From Octopus sinensis (Eukaryota): a stretch of 18,615 nucleotides of DNA. This document shows positions 8,906-18,615 of the stretch, piece after piece. The number at the start of each line of letters is the position of its first letter. The stretch's first letter is position 1. The DNA is taken from contig NW_021824457.1 in assembly GCF_006345805.1 (NCBI RefSeq), positions 1 through 18,615 of the forward strand, in the 5' to 3' direction. The notes under the pieces are model-generated. The model had not been told where the DNA came from and did no database searches. It saw only the letters and a program-made list of their open reading frames with translations. Position numbers and translations under genes: made by a program.

Positions 8906-9560
8906 AATACTGGGAGGATAAGAAACGGAACGAAGCGAAGAATCGAACGAACCTGACGCGAAGCGCTGTCAGACAATAGCGTAATAAATAAAATATATGC
9001 ATACATACAAACATATATGTACGTACCTACATCTACATGTATATATACATGCATGTATAAATATATATAAGTACAGGACACCACAAAAAGACGTAGAACT
9101 CAACAGAAACGAAAATGGAAACGCCATTTTTTTTACAACAGAAAGACAGAGACGTGGAACAGGACGAGAACGAAAACGGGAAAAACATTATTTACAACAG
9201 AAAAACAAGGTACAGGACATACTACACATGGAAAAAACCCCAATCATCAGCTGTCGCTTGTAGACCTAGCGTGTTTCGAAGGCAAGACAGGACACGACTC
9301 GTCAATACTAGGCCTTCCTGCAAGAGAATTAAAATAAAATAACATCGCAGAGGGGTAAAACAAGCACGAAAAAAATGTAACACAAACAGGACGTAACAAT
9401 AAAACTGCACATAAAATACAAGATAAAAATACATGTACAATAAAATACAAAACGAGAAATAAAATACAATACGAGAAATCAAAATAAACAAGAAAACAAA
9501 CGAGAAAAACAAACGAAAGACCTTTGTTCTGGCTGGGACGGAAGAGGTTCTGGCAAGCAT
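8906..9560 (-). mobile_element. Repeat family C (non-coding, PLE pLTR/retrozyme-like), diverged inverted copy
   Basis: Reverse complement aligns with 11227-11634 and 11845-12398 (aattctc.tgcaggaaggcct, gccttcgaaaca, agcgacagctgatga, gcatgtatatatacatgtagatgtaggtacgtacatatatgtttg). Confidence 0.8.
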
Positions 9561-9681
9561 GCATGTATATATATATTCACACACACACACATATGCAGTA
9601 GACCCAGACACACAAGAATCACCGCCAAGAATAACATAAACAACAGCAGGAGATAAAAATAACAAGAAACAATGGAATTAC

Positions 9682-9925
9682 TCAGGAAACCAAAACATTA
9701 TCAGCACCGCCAACACCATCACAAAAGCTACAAGAAGAAAAGTAACACTAACAACACCGACGTCTGCGAGGACGACGGTGCTGTTAGTCTTTGGAACAAG
9801 CGGGGTCCGACGCACTCAGAAGACAGACAGTGAGTGAGGCAGTGAGTGAGAGCGGGAGTGGGGGACAGAGAAATGGAAGGGGAGGAAGAGTGAGCTGTCA
9901 GAACCAATATGGCGTCCACTAAATC
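9682..9925 (-). promoter_or_regulatory. Candidate core promoter/first exon
   Basis: Unique, CpG- and GC-enriched island; YY1-type CGCCATATTGG on the minus strand (9915-9905); pyrimidine-rich leader; possible donor GA|GTAATT at 9682/9681. Confidence 0.35.
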
Positions 9926-10755
9926 AATCGCTACATTGCATTTAATTAGTCAATATCCTTAAACAGTTGTCGTTTAGACTTCTTACCTCTAACATACCCG
10001 CATTCCACCCGAAGCTATCTTCTGGCACGTTTTTCTTACAGGAAATACCGATCTGATATACGTACATACACACACACACACATACACATACACACATGCA
10101 TGCGCACACATACACACATAGACACATATTTTTAGTTGTTTGTTGTACACTTGATTTTGCATTTGTTTTCTTTATAGGGGTGGACGAGGTATGTGCTGGG
10201 TATTTGCGGTTGTTTTGTAATTCGTAAGAGGCAAACAAGAACGTCTTTAGGTTATCAGTTTATATAAAGAGACATGTGTGAGTGAGTGTGTGTACGTATG
10301 TATAAAATATATGTATAATGTATGTATATATATATGTACATGCTTGTTATAAATATAGCAAGATATAGACACACACACACTCGAACATACTCACGCACAC
10401 GTACACACACGCGCGCACACACACACACATACAATAATGTGTCTATGTATGTATGTATGTATGTTTGTAGATAGGTAGGTATGTCTGTATATAAACGTGC
10501 GGGAGTGTCTTTTGGGAGACAGGGACCTGTGAATGAGTGCATCTCAAAATACGAGTGTCTGTCTGTTTGAATGTATACATGTATTTTTTATACATATGAC
10601 TATATATGTATTTGTGTTATATATATATATATATATTTGTGTAATATATATATTATATATATTAATATATATATATATATATATTAATATATATGTAGGT
10701 ATATGGATGTAATATTTTATACACAAACATATGTATGTATTTATACACATACACA

Positions 10756-10813
<58 letters not shown>

Positions 10814-11226
10814 TTGAACATATATAAACATACTTGAACATGTGCGTATGTATCTGTTCACATATGCATTCCTGTGAAAATGAAAAACTAAAACTCAAAT
10901 CCTTCCAACATGAATTCCATAAACGCCAGCACCTGTTCATTGACTTAACTCACCAAAAGTCTTGTTTGCTTCAGAATTTCCTTTTGTCTTTCACATTTTG
11001 TTTCTTAGCTTTGATTAAAATCAGCAAACAGAATCATTTTGGACGATATATTAGCATTAGACAGTAAATACAGTGGTGGACAATATTCTCTTTGGCATTT
11101 AGTTACCAATCTTTATATTGTGAGTTCAAATCTCATCGATGTCAATATTGAGTTGTTTTGTCATTGTTATTTTTACTGTTCAGTTATTCAACTCAACTCT
11201 ACTATTTATATATATATATATATATA

Positions 11227-12398
11227 TTTTGTGTTCGTACTCATTGTGCCCCGCTGCTTGAAATTTTATTTTAATTCTCTCGCAGGAAGGCCTATGGATT
11301 AGTGTTCTGTTATATGCCTTCTTCGAAACATGCCTGACTCCTCTAGCGACAGCTGATGACGGGGGGGTTTTGTCCTTGTGTAACCTGTCCTGTATTTGGT
11401 TTTCGTTTTCCTTTTCTTGTTTTTTGTTTTTTGGCTTTTTCTGTTTCTACGTCTTATTGTGATGTCCTGTACTTCCGTATAATATTTATATATGCATGTA
11501 TATATACATGTAGATGTAGGTACGTACATATATGTTTGTATGTATGCATATATTTTATTTATCTCCTTATTGTCTGACAGCGCCCCGCATCAGGTTCGTT
11601 CCGATTCGTCGTTTCGATCCACTTCTTGGTCCCCTTTTTTTATATTAATATTATTATATTGAAGATGCGGTACTCTCTCCCTTTGCTTTAACCTCTTCAA
11701 TCCTTCTCCCTCCCCCTCCTCCTCTCTCTTCGCCGCGTGTCCCCCTCCTCCTTCCTCTTCTTGCCTATAAAACAAAATTCCTTTACACGTGGTTACCACT
11801 ATTGAAAAGACTGCCTCCACGCGCTGCTACTACACTTTCGTCCTTGCCAGCAAAAAGGCTTCTTCGTTCGTCCCCTTGTGGGTTAATTCCTGTATAGTAT
11901 TCTTGTTATTTTCTCGTTTTGTAACTAATTGTACTTTTTGTACATGTATTTTTATTTTGCAGTTTTATTGTTTGTCTATGCCAGAAAAAAGGCTTTTTCG
12001 TTCGTCCTCTTGTGTTTGTTTTTGTACATGTATTTTAATTTTGCAGTCTTATTGTTACGTCTTGTTTGTGTTCGTACTCATTGTGCCCCGCTGCTTGAAA
12101 TTTTATTTAAATTCTCTCGCAGGAAGGCCTATTGGATTAGTGTTCTGTTATGCCTTCGAAACATGCCTGACTCCTCTAGCGACAGCTGATGACGGGGGTT
12201 TTGTCCTTGTGTAACCTGTCCTGTATTTGGTTTTCGTTTTCCGTTTCTTGTTTTTTGTTTTTTGGCTTTTCTGTTTCTACGTCTTATTGTGATGTCCTGT
12301 ACTTCCGTATAATTATTTATATATGCATGTATATATACATGTAGATGTAGGCACGTACATATATGTTTGTATGTATGCATATATTTTTATTTATCTCC
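11227..12398 (+). mobile_element. Repeat family C, partial tandem (about 1.4 units, 837-bp period)
   Basis: 11228-11567 is repeated almost identically at 12065-12398; internal duplication ~11845-11972 / 11979-12056; bounded by (TA)n at both ends. Confidence 0.88.
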
Positions 12399-12579
12399 TA
12401 TATATATATATATATATACACGAGCAAAACGCTCCCCGTCCAATGGACGATGCTGAGTTGTCAAACATTTAAACCAAATTTTCTCAAAACAACTTGTCCG
12501 ACAGTTCCATAGGCCTCCCCTTTCAGAAACTCTGATTTAACCTAAATTTGAGACACCAGCAAAAGAAGAAATAAAGATA

Positions 12580-13133
12580 GCGCATGCCAACAAAGTGTCA
12601 CTGGGGTACAAATATACGAAGCGCAATATACTCATCATGACTACCCGACTGATAAGGGTATACCAGATACATGTATCACAACCATATATGTTCGACATGG
12701 TGATAATCTATATCAATATAAACAGCGGATGGACTTATAGGTGGGAACCAGTTAGAATTTTCTTCAGCTCAAGTAACCCATTCCGCTCAAAAGATCCCTG
12801 AATAAGAGATGTTTAAGGATATTGAACGAAACACTTATATTCCCGGTGGTGAATTATTCAAATCCCAAAGAATTCCTTTAACACATGGCTATGATGTTCC
12901 GCCACTACTTCTGCTCGTGAACAGAGATGCACTTATCGTCAGCCACTAAGGGACATGCTCAACTGGTTTAGGTCAAACAACTGAGAAGCAAATCTATGGT
13001 ATTGAGCAGAATATTTGCTGTAGCCCATCTTTTATACCAAGACAAAACAATGTACATGATAACACTTCCAATCAGTTAAGATCAGAAGCCATGGGAGCCA
13101 CTGCCTGGTACTGCATCAGGGCATGGTATATTG
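12580..13133. repeat. Probable interspersed repeat (non-coding, family unresolved)
   Basis: High-complexity block with no credible ORF; resembles from memory an abundant octopus repeat; single copy in this window, so unverified. Confidence 0.35.
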
Positions 13134-13804
13134 ATACAATCATCGGCGGAAATACACACACACGTGTGCGCGCACAAGTGTATAAGTGTGTGTGCGTATG
13201 TGTTCTAACACACACGCAAACATGCGCACACACGCACGCTTACACACACACACACGCACACACACACACACACACATATACTTCGAGAACTGTTAACTCA
13301 AAAGAGTTATTTTATAATGTCAGTAGTATGCATATGTATTTATATTCATGCATATATATGTGTATATGTAGTTGTACATATATATAGTTATATATATATA
13401 ATTATGTATATAATATATGTATATATTCACGTAGAGGGAGGTCATGTATTATTCACAATGCGTTTATAATTTTTTTCTATTGTTGTTAAAATTAGTTACG
13501 CGCATAGGATTATGACGATGGTGTATATATAGATAGATAAAGAGAAAGAGAGATACATACATGCATACATACATACATACATACATACATAGACACATAC
13601 ATACATACATACATACATAGACACATACATCGACACCTACGTCCATAGCATGAGAGTGACTCATTCCTCTTCCGCAATGCATTTCTAATAATTCGCTAAT
13701 GGCGGGAAAATTAGTTACGTGTGAATCACGAGACCTATTCTCACTCAAGTCATTACGGTACGTGGCTGGAAGTGGAGACTCAATGAACTTATCGTTGTAG
13801 GGGA

Positions 13805-14190
13805 CAGGCAGAAATGTTAGATCGTTGGGCAAAATGCCTTGTAGAATTTCTTTTGGTTCTTTTCGTACGGATTTCCAACAACACTAAAGTCGAGTGCATC
13901 TTTTGGGACGATTGATTCCCCCTCTTTCTAAAAATATCTGATTTGTACTCCAAAGTACTAATTATTATAGTGAATATTAAGGGCAGCCGAATTGTTAGAC
14001 AGTGGGACAAAATGTCTTGCAGTATTTCTTTGGGTTCTTTACTATTTCAGGTCAAGTGTCACTAAAGTCATGTGGAAAAAATCATTAGAACATCAAACGT
14101 CATGTATTTATTCCGTTCATCTACGTTCAAATCCCGCTGGTGTCAACTTTGCCTTTCATCCCACGAAGAACGAGAAAATAGAAAACCAAT
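13805..14190 (+). mobile_element. Old degenerate SINE family A fragments
   Basis: gaa.tgttaga....ggg(a)caaaatg.cttg heads at ~13808 and ~13990; gttcaaatcccgctggtgtcaactttgcctttcatcc at 14125-14162. Confidence 0.6.
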
Positions 14191-14227
14191 CAAATACAGA
14201 ACTGACTATATAGACAAGCTCATCACA

Positions 14228-14237
14228 TACACACACG

Positions 14238-14322
<85 letters not shown>

Positions 14323-14345
14323 ACACACACACACACACAAACACA
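14228..14345. repeat. (CA)n microsatellite
   Basis: Direct reading. Confidence 0.95.
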
Positions 14346-14572
14346 TATATATATATGAAAAAATGCAAATAAACAAACAGCAGGTAAAAAAAACGCATAC
14401 CGTATACCGAGTGTACAACTGGACGGGAGAAAGACACAAAAGGTCTCTAATTTTCGTCAGTTATCAACAAAATCGCATGACTCATTTTTGCCTTTGTTTA
14501 TTTACCATACATTTTTTTTTTCATTTATTAAGTAACAGACCGCAGTGCACCCCGACTTTTATTAACAGTAAG

Positions 14573-14608
<36 letters not shown>

Positions 14609-14615
14609 TGTTTTG

Positions 14616-14822
14616 CTTGTTCTAGTCATTAGACTGCCACCATGGTGTGGCATCACCTTGAAAAATTTTTAATAAAATGAATCATCCCAATACTTTTATT
14701 TATGTTTTTAAAGACCGGTATTTAATATATCGGTTTCTTTCGCCAAGCCGTTATGTTACGGGGATGTAAACACACTAATAGCAGTCGTGAAACGGTGGTG
14801 GGGGAAGAAACAACACACACAC
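14616..14822 (-). mobile_element. SINE family B, degenerate 3' half
   Basis: cttgttctagtcattagactgc..tatcggt..gcc..gttacggggatgtaaacacac; aligns with 8477-8630 and 16171-16310. Confidence 0.65.
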
Positions 14823-15075
14823 GCATATATAAATATATATAAATTAGACAAAAACACCTTTTATCAATTCAAAATGAATAATTAAATTACACCTAGAAAA
14901 TTACATCTAGAAAATTACATATAATGGAAATATTGAATATAAAATAACAATAATATACCGATGATTAAGTAATGTGCATGAAATTTGATTTAGTATTTCT
15001 GAATTTTTCACTGTAAGTTAGCAATAATTATTCCCTCAAATTATTGTTATCGTCGTCGTCGTCGTCATCGTCGTC

Positions 15076-15132
<57 letters not shown>

Positions 15133-15134
15133 TC

Positions 15135-15290
15135 AGGACTGCTCTCAGTTTTCTTCTGCCAATTCCCCTCAGAAGGTTTTGAACGGCCCGAGACTACAGC
15201 AGAAGACACTTGCCCAAGTTGCCACGCAGTAGGACTGAATCTGGAACCATGTCGTTGAGAAGCAAGCTTCTTACCACACAGCCACGACTT
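15135..15290 (-). mobile_element. SINE family B, 5' tRNA head plus CORE-like domain
   Basis: Minus strand gtggctgtgtggtaagaagcttgctt..ggttccagattcagtcctactgcgtggcaacttgggcaagtgtctt; aligns with 16335-16490. Confidence 0.8.
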
Positions 15291-15368
15291 ATTTATAAGT
15301 TCCAAATAATAAATATACGTGTGTGTATGTGTGTACATGCAAAGGAAGAAAAAATGCATAGCTAAATA

Positions 15369-15408
<40 letters not shown>

Positions 15409-15589
15409 ATGTATGTGTGTGCGTCTCCACATAGATGTTAATCTCAAGCTATGACATGCGTAGTGTGAGAAAGAAAGTTTGTTTCAGTCACATAAGAGTC
15501 ATCAGTGTGTCTGTGTGGGTTTGTATGTGTGCGTGTGAATATGTGACTTTTCACCTTTAGGTTCAGAAAAGCTTAAATGGTGGACACAT

Positions 15590-15648
15590 GGCAGCAGTAG
15601 CAGCAACAGCAGCAGCTGTAGTAGTAGTAGTAGCAGAAGTAGTAGTAA

Positions 15649-15688
<40 letters not shown>

Positions 15689-15715
15689 TGCAGCAGCAGT
15701 AGCAATTGTAATAGT

Positions 15716-15769
<54 letters not shown>

Positions 15770-15910
15770 AGTAGTAGTAGTAGTGGTGGTGGTGGTGGTG
15801 GTGGTAGTAGTAGTAGCAGCAACAGCAGCAGTTGCGGTGGTGGAAGTGATGGTGGTGATGGCAGTGGTAGTCGCGGAAGTGGTTTTGGTAGTAGTAGTAG
15901 TAGTACTTAA

Positions 15911-15949
<39 letters not shown>

Positions 15950-16170
15950 GGTGGTGGTGGTAGTAGTGGCTACAGTATTGTCGGTGGTGCTGCTGCTGCT
16001 AGTAGTAATGGAAGGGGTAATGGTGGTGGTGTTAATTTGTAGAGGAGTGATTAGTTGCGGTAGTAGTAGAAGTGGTTGTAGCATAGATACTGGTTGTTGT
16101 GGTTGCAGTTGTAGTAATGGTGATAGTGTTGATGGCGGTGGTTATACTGACGGCTGTAGTTACGGTGGTA
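15590..16170. repeat. Compound trinucleotide repeat (GTA/GCA/GTG/CTA)n
   Basis: Direct reading; gives spurious poly-V/T/L ORFs. Confidence 0.95.
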
Positions 16171-16493
16171 GCACCACCTTTAGTCGAGAAAATCGACTTC
16201 AGGACTTATTCTTTGTAAGCCTAGTACTTACACTATCGATCTTTTGCCGAACGGGGACGTAAACACACCAGCATTGGTGTTCAACCGATGTTGGGGGTGG
16301 GAGGACAAACAAACACACACACATATATACGATGGGCTTCATTTAGTTTCCTTCTAACAAATCCACTCACAACGCTTGGGTCGGCCTGAGGCTATTGTAG
16401 AAGACACCTGCCCAAGGTGCCACGCTGTGGGACCGAACCTGGAACGATGCGGTTTGTAAGCAAACTACTTACCACACAGACACTCCTGCGCCT
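16171..16493 (-). mobile_element. SINE family B, near full length (tRNA-derived head, CORE-like ccttgggcag domain, internal TG tract, 3' tail)
   Basis: Minus strand aggcgcaggagtgtctgtgtggtaag (A-box-like)..ggttcggtccc (B-box-like)..ggcaccttgggcaggtgtctt. Confidence 0.85.
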
Positions 16494-16654
16494 AATTGAG
16501 ATATTTTTTTAAATACCCGTTAGTTATTCTATCGGCCCTTTTACCGAATCTCTAAGTGACAGGGACATAACACCAGTTGTCAAACATTGGCAGGAACAAT
16601 CACTAACACAAACAAATGGCGCGCAGGCAGACACACAGACACGCACACACACAC

Positions 16655-17216
16655 GTCACATACACACACATACATACATACATACATACATACATACACA
16701 TATGCATACATACATACATACATACTTACATACATACATACATACACACATACACATATGCATACATACATACATACACATATGCATACATACATACATA
16801 CATACATACATACATACATACATACATACATACATACATACATACACATATGCATACATACATACATACATACATACATACATACATGCATACATACATA
16901 CATACACATATGCATACATACATACATACATACATACATACATACATACATACATACATACATGCATACATACATACATACATACATACACATATGCATA
17001 CATACATACATACATACATACATACATACATACATACATACATACATACATGCATACATACATACATACATACATACATACATACATACATACATACACA
17101 TATGCATACATACATACATACATACATACATACATACACACATACATACATACATACATACATACATACATACATACACACATGCATACATACATACATA
17201 CATACATACATACATA
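16655..17216. repeat. Long (TACA)n microsatellite with recurrent catatgca/catgca variant units
   Basis: Direct reading. Confidence 0.97.
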
Positions 17217-17500
17217 AAGCAGGAAGGTAAAAACTTATTTGAAGACTACAGATCCAAGTCATTGTAAAAATCTGTAAAACTTTCCTAAAGTTTATTATTT
17301 AAGCATATAGGGGCATGTCCAGACGTGCAATCATATGTTTGAGAATACATACGTAAAACAAAACACAAATCTGCACATAGGCATAGATATGTACATGCAT
17401 ACATACAAACATACACACATACATACATAGATACATATATATGTACACAATGCTTACATAATATATATATATATTTTCTGTTTTTTTCTCTCTCTGTGTA

Positions 17501-17634
17501 TCTTTCTGTTGAAGAGCATAGGCTCGAACGTTAAAGACTTGTTTTTTTATATTTCCTGAGCGCCTGCTAATACAATTGTTCGTTTGTCTTCCACCCTGCC
17601 TTCGGTCTTTTGTTTATTTTCATAAGCTTCCCGT
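17501..17634 (+). mobile_element. Short repeat with minimal hammerhead-like motif (PLE pLTR-like), copy 2
   Basis: tcttt-ctgttgaa-gagc-atag-gctc-gaacgtt-aaaga; homologous to 2083-2212; flanked by (TA)n. Confidence 0.55.
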
Positions 17635-18480
17635 TATATATATATATATATATATATATACATACATACTTACATACATACATACATACATTCATACATA
17701 CATACTTACATACATGCATATATACATACATAAACACATACATACAAAAATTCCCTGGTGTTAATGTCGAAATTCCAATGGAGGAGCTATGGATGTAGTT
17801 TAGAAACTGTCTCTTTCTCTATTGCCAAGAAATCTTGAAATAAAACTGAATAATGACATACATACGTACATACATACATAACGATACAATACTACATACA
17901 TACATACATACATACATACATACATACATACAATACATACATACATACATAACTATTCATACATACATACATTCATAAATACGTACGTATATACATATAC
18001 AGAGATATATATTTTATACGGATATATGTTAAAGAAAGGTTGATAGCCAACTGGGTGTGTGTTTTTCAGTCCGACGATAATCAGCCCTGATATTAACCTC
18101 CATTAAGAGGTCTTAAAAGACTAAAGATATGGTCTTATTGTGAATATCAAAAGATCACTTATTAACCAAATTATCTATTAACCTGTGACTATATATGACT
18201 CTGTGCACTTGTGTATGTGTATGTGTGTATATGCATTAATCCTAGCTTATGTGAATGTTTTTCTACACATATCTATATACATACATATATGTATTTATAT
18301 GTATGTATGTATGTATGTATGTAGTATGTATGTATGTATGTATGTATGTATGTATGTATGTCTATATATATATATATGTATATGTATATATTTATGTATG
18401 ATTGTATGTATGTGTATGTAGATTGTTAAATTGCTAATAAGCCACCCATATCATTTATATATGTGGGTGTATGTATATGC

Positions 18481-18517
<37 letters not shown>

Positions 18518-18615
18518 TGTAATTTATATGCGTGATTACCTTTGCTTTATCTTTGACACATTGTGTTTGCCTGTGAATGCCTGTTTTACTCGGTCTCTGT
18601 GTAGCAGGCGTAGTT

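Noticed and set aside
9222-9665. Hydrophobic membrane-protein-like ORFs here and at 11789-12214
   Set aside because: They arise from T-rich repeat family C; reading frames are not conserved between copies.
12760-12945. CTGAAGA and CTGACGA on the minus strand (also CTGAAGA at 5299 on +)
   Set aside because: No accompanying GAAA or three-way junction.
13488-13719. 13-bp direct repeat aaaattagttacg flanking a TACA tract
   Set aside because: Could be a TSD or old repeat remnant, but no element structure is recognisable.
15470-15510. Minus-strand CTGATGA..GAAAC
   Set aside because: No convincing stem II closing pair, no stem III/NUH and no stem I; likely chance.
15502-17267. Long ORFs (170-226 aa) of poly-V/T/L or MYVC/HTYI repeats
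   Set aside because: Translations of stop-free tri- and tetranucleotide microsatellites; the same applies to the YIYI, CVCV, HTHT and IIII ORFs elsewhere.
1-18615. CRISPR array or prokaryotic operon
   Set aside because: No regularly spaced repeat-spacer array or gene-dense organisation; the sequence is clearly eukaryotic repeat-rich DNA.

Overview
Repeat-saturated, AT-rich, non-coding eukaryotic DNA, most likely from an octopus or other coleoid cephalopod. The organism is inferred from the tRNA-derived/CORE-type SINE families and the extreme microsatellite density. No intact host protein-coding gene is supportable, and nearly all ORFs in the supplied track are microsatellite read-throughs. 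The real coding remnants are all transposon-derived: an internally deleted mariner transposase (-), the 3' part of an R4/Dong-type RLE non-LTR retrotransposon (-), a Tx1/L1-like 3' end (-) and an RTE-like 3' end with a C2H2 motif (+). The most notable non-obvious content is structured RNA. There are two type I hammerhead ribozymes with intact cores and palindromic stem III (1581-1683, 4486-4575). Several repeat copies carry variant or partial hammerhead motifs, including a partial-tandem 837-bp unit with conserved splice signals (Penelope pLTR/retrozyme-like). There is also a tRNA-like Pol III cassette buried in a foldback, and several long inverted repeats. A possible minus-strand promoter/first exon lies at about 9680-9925.
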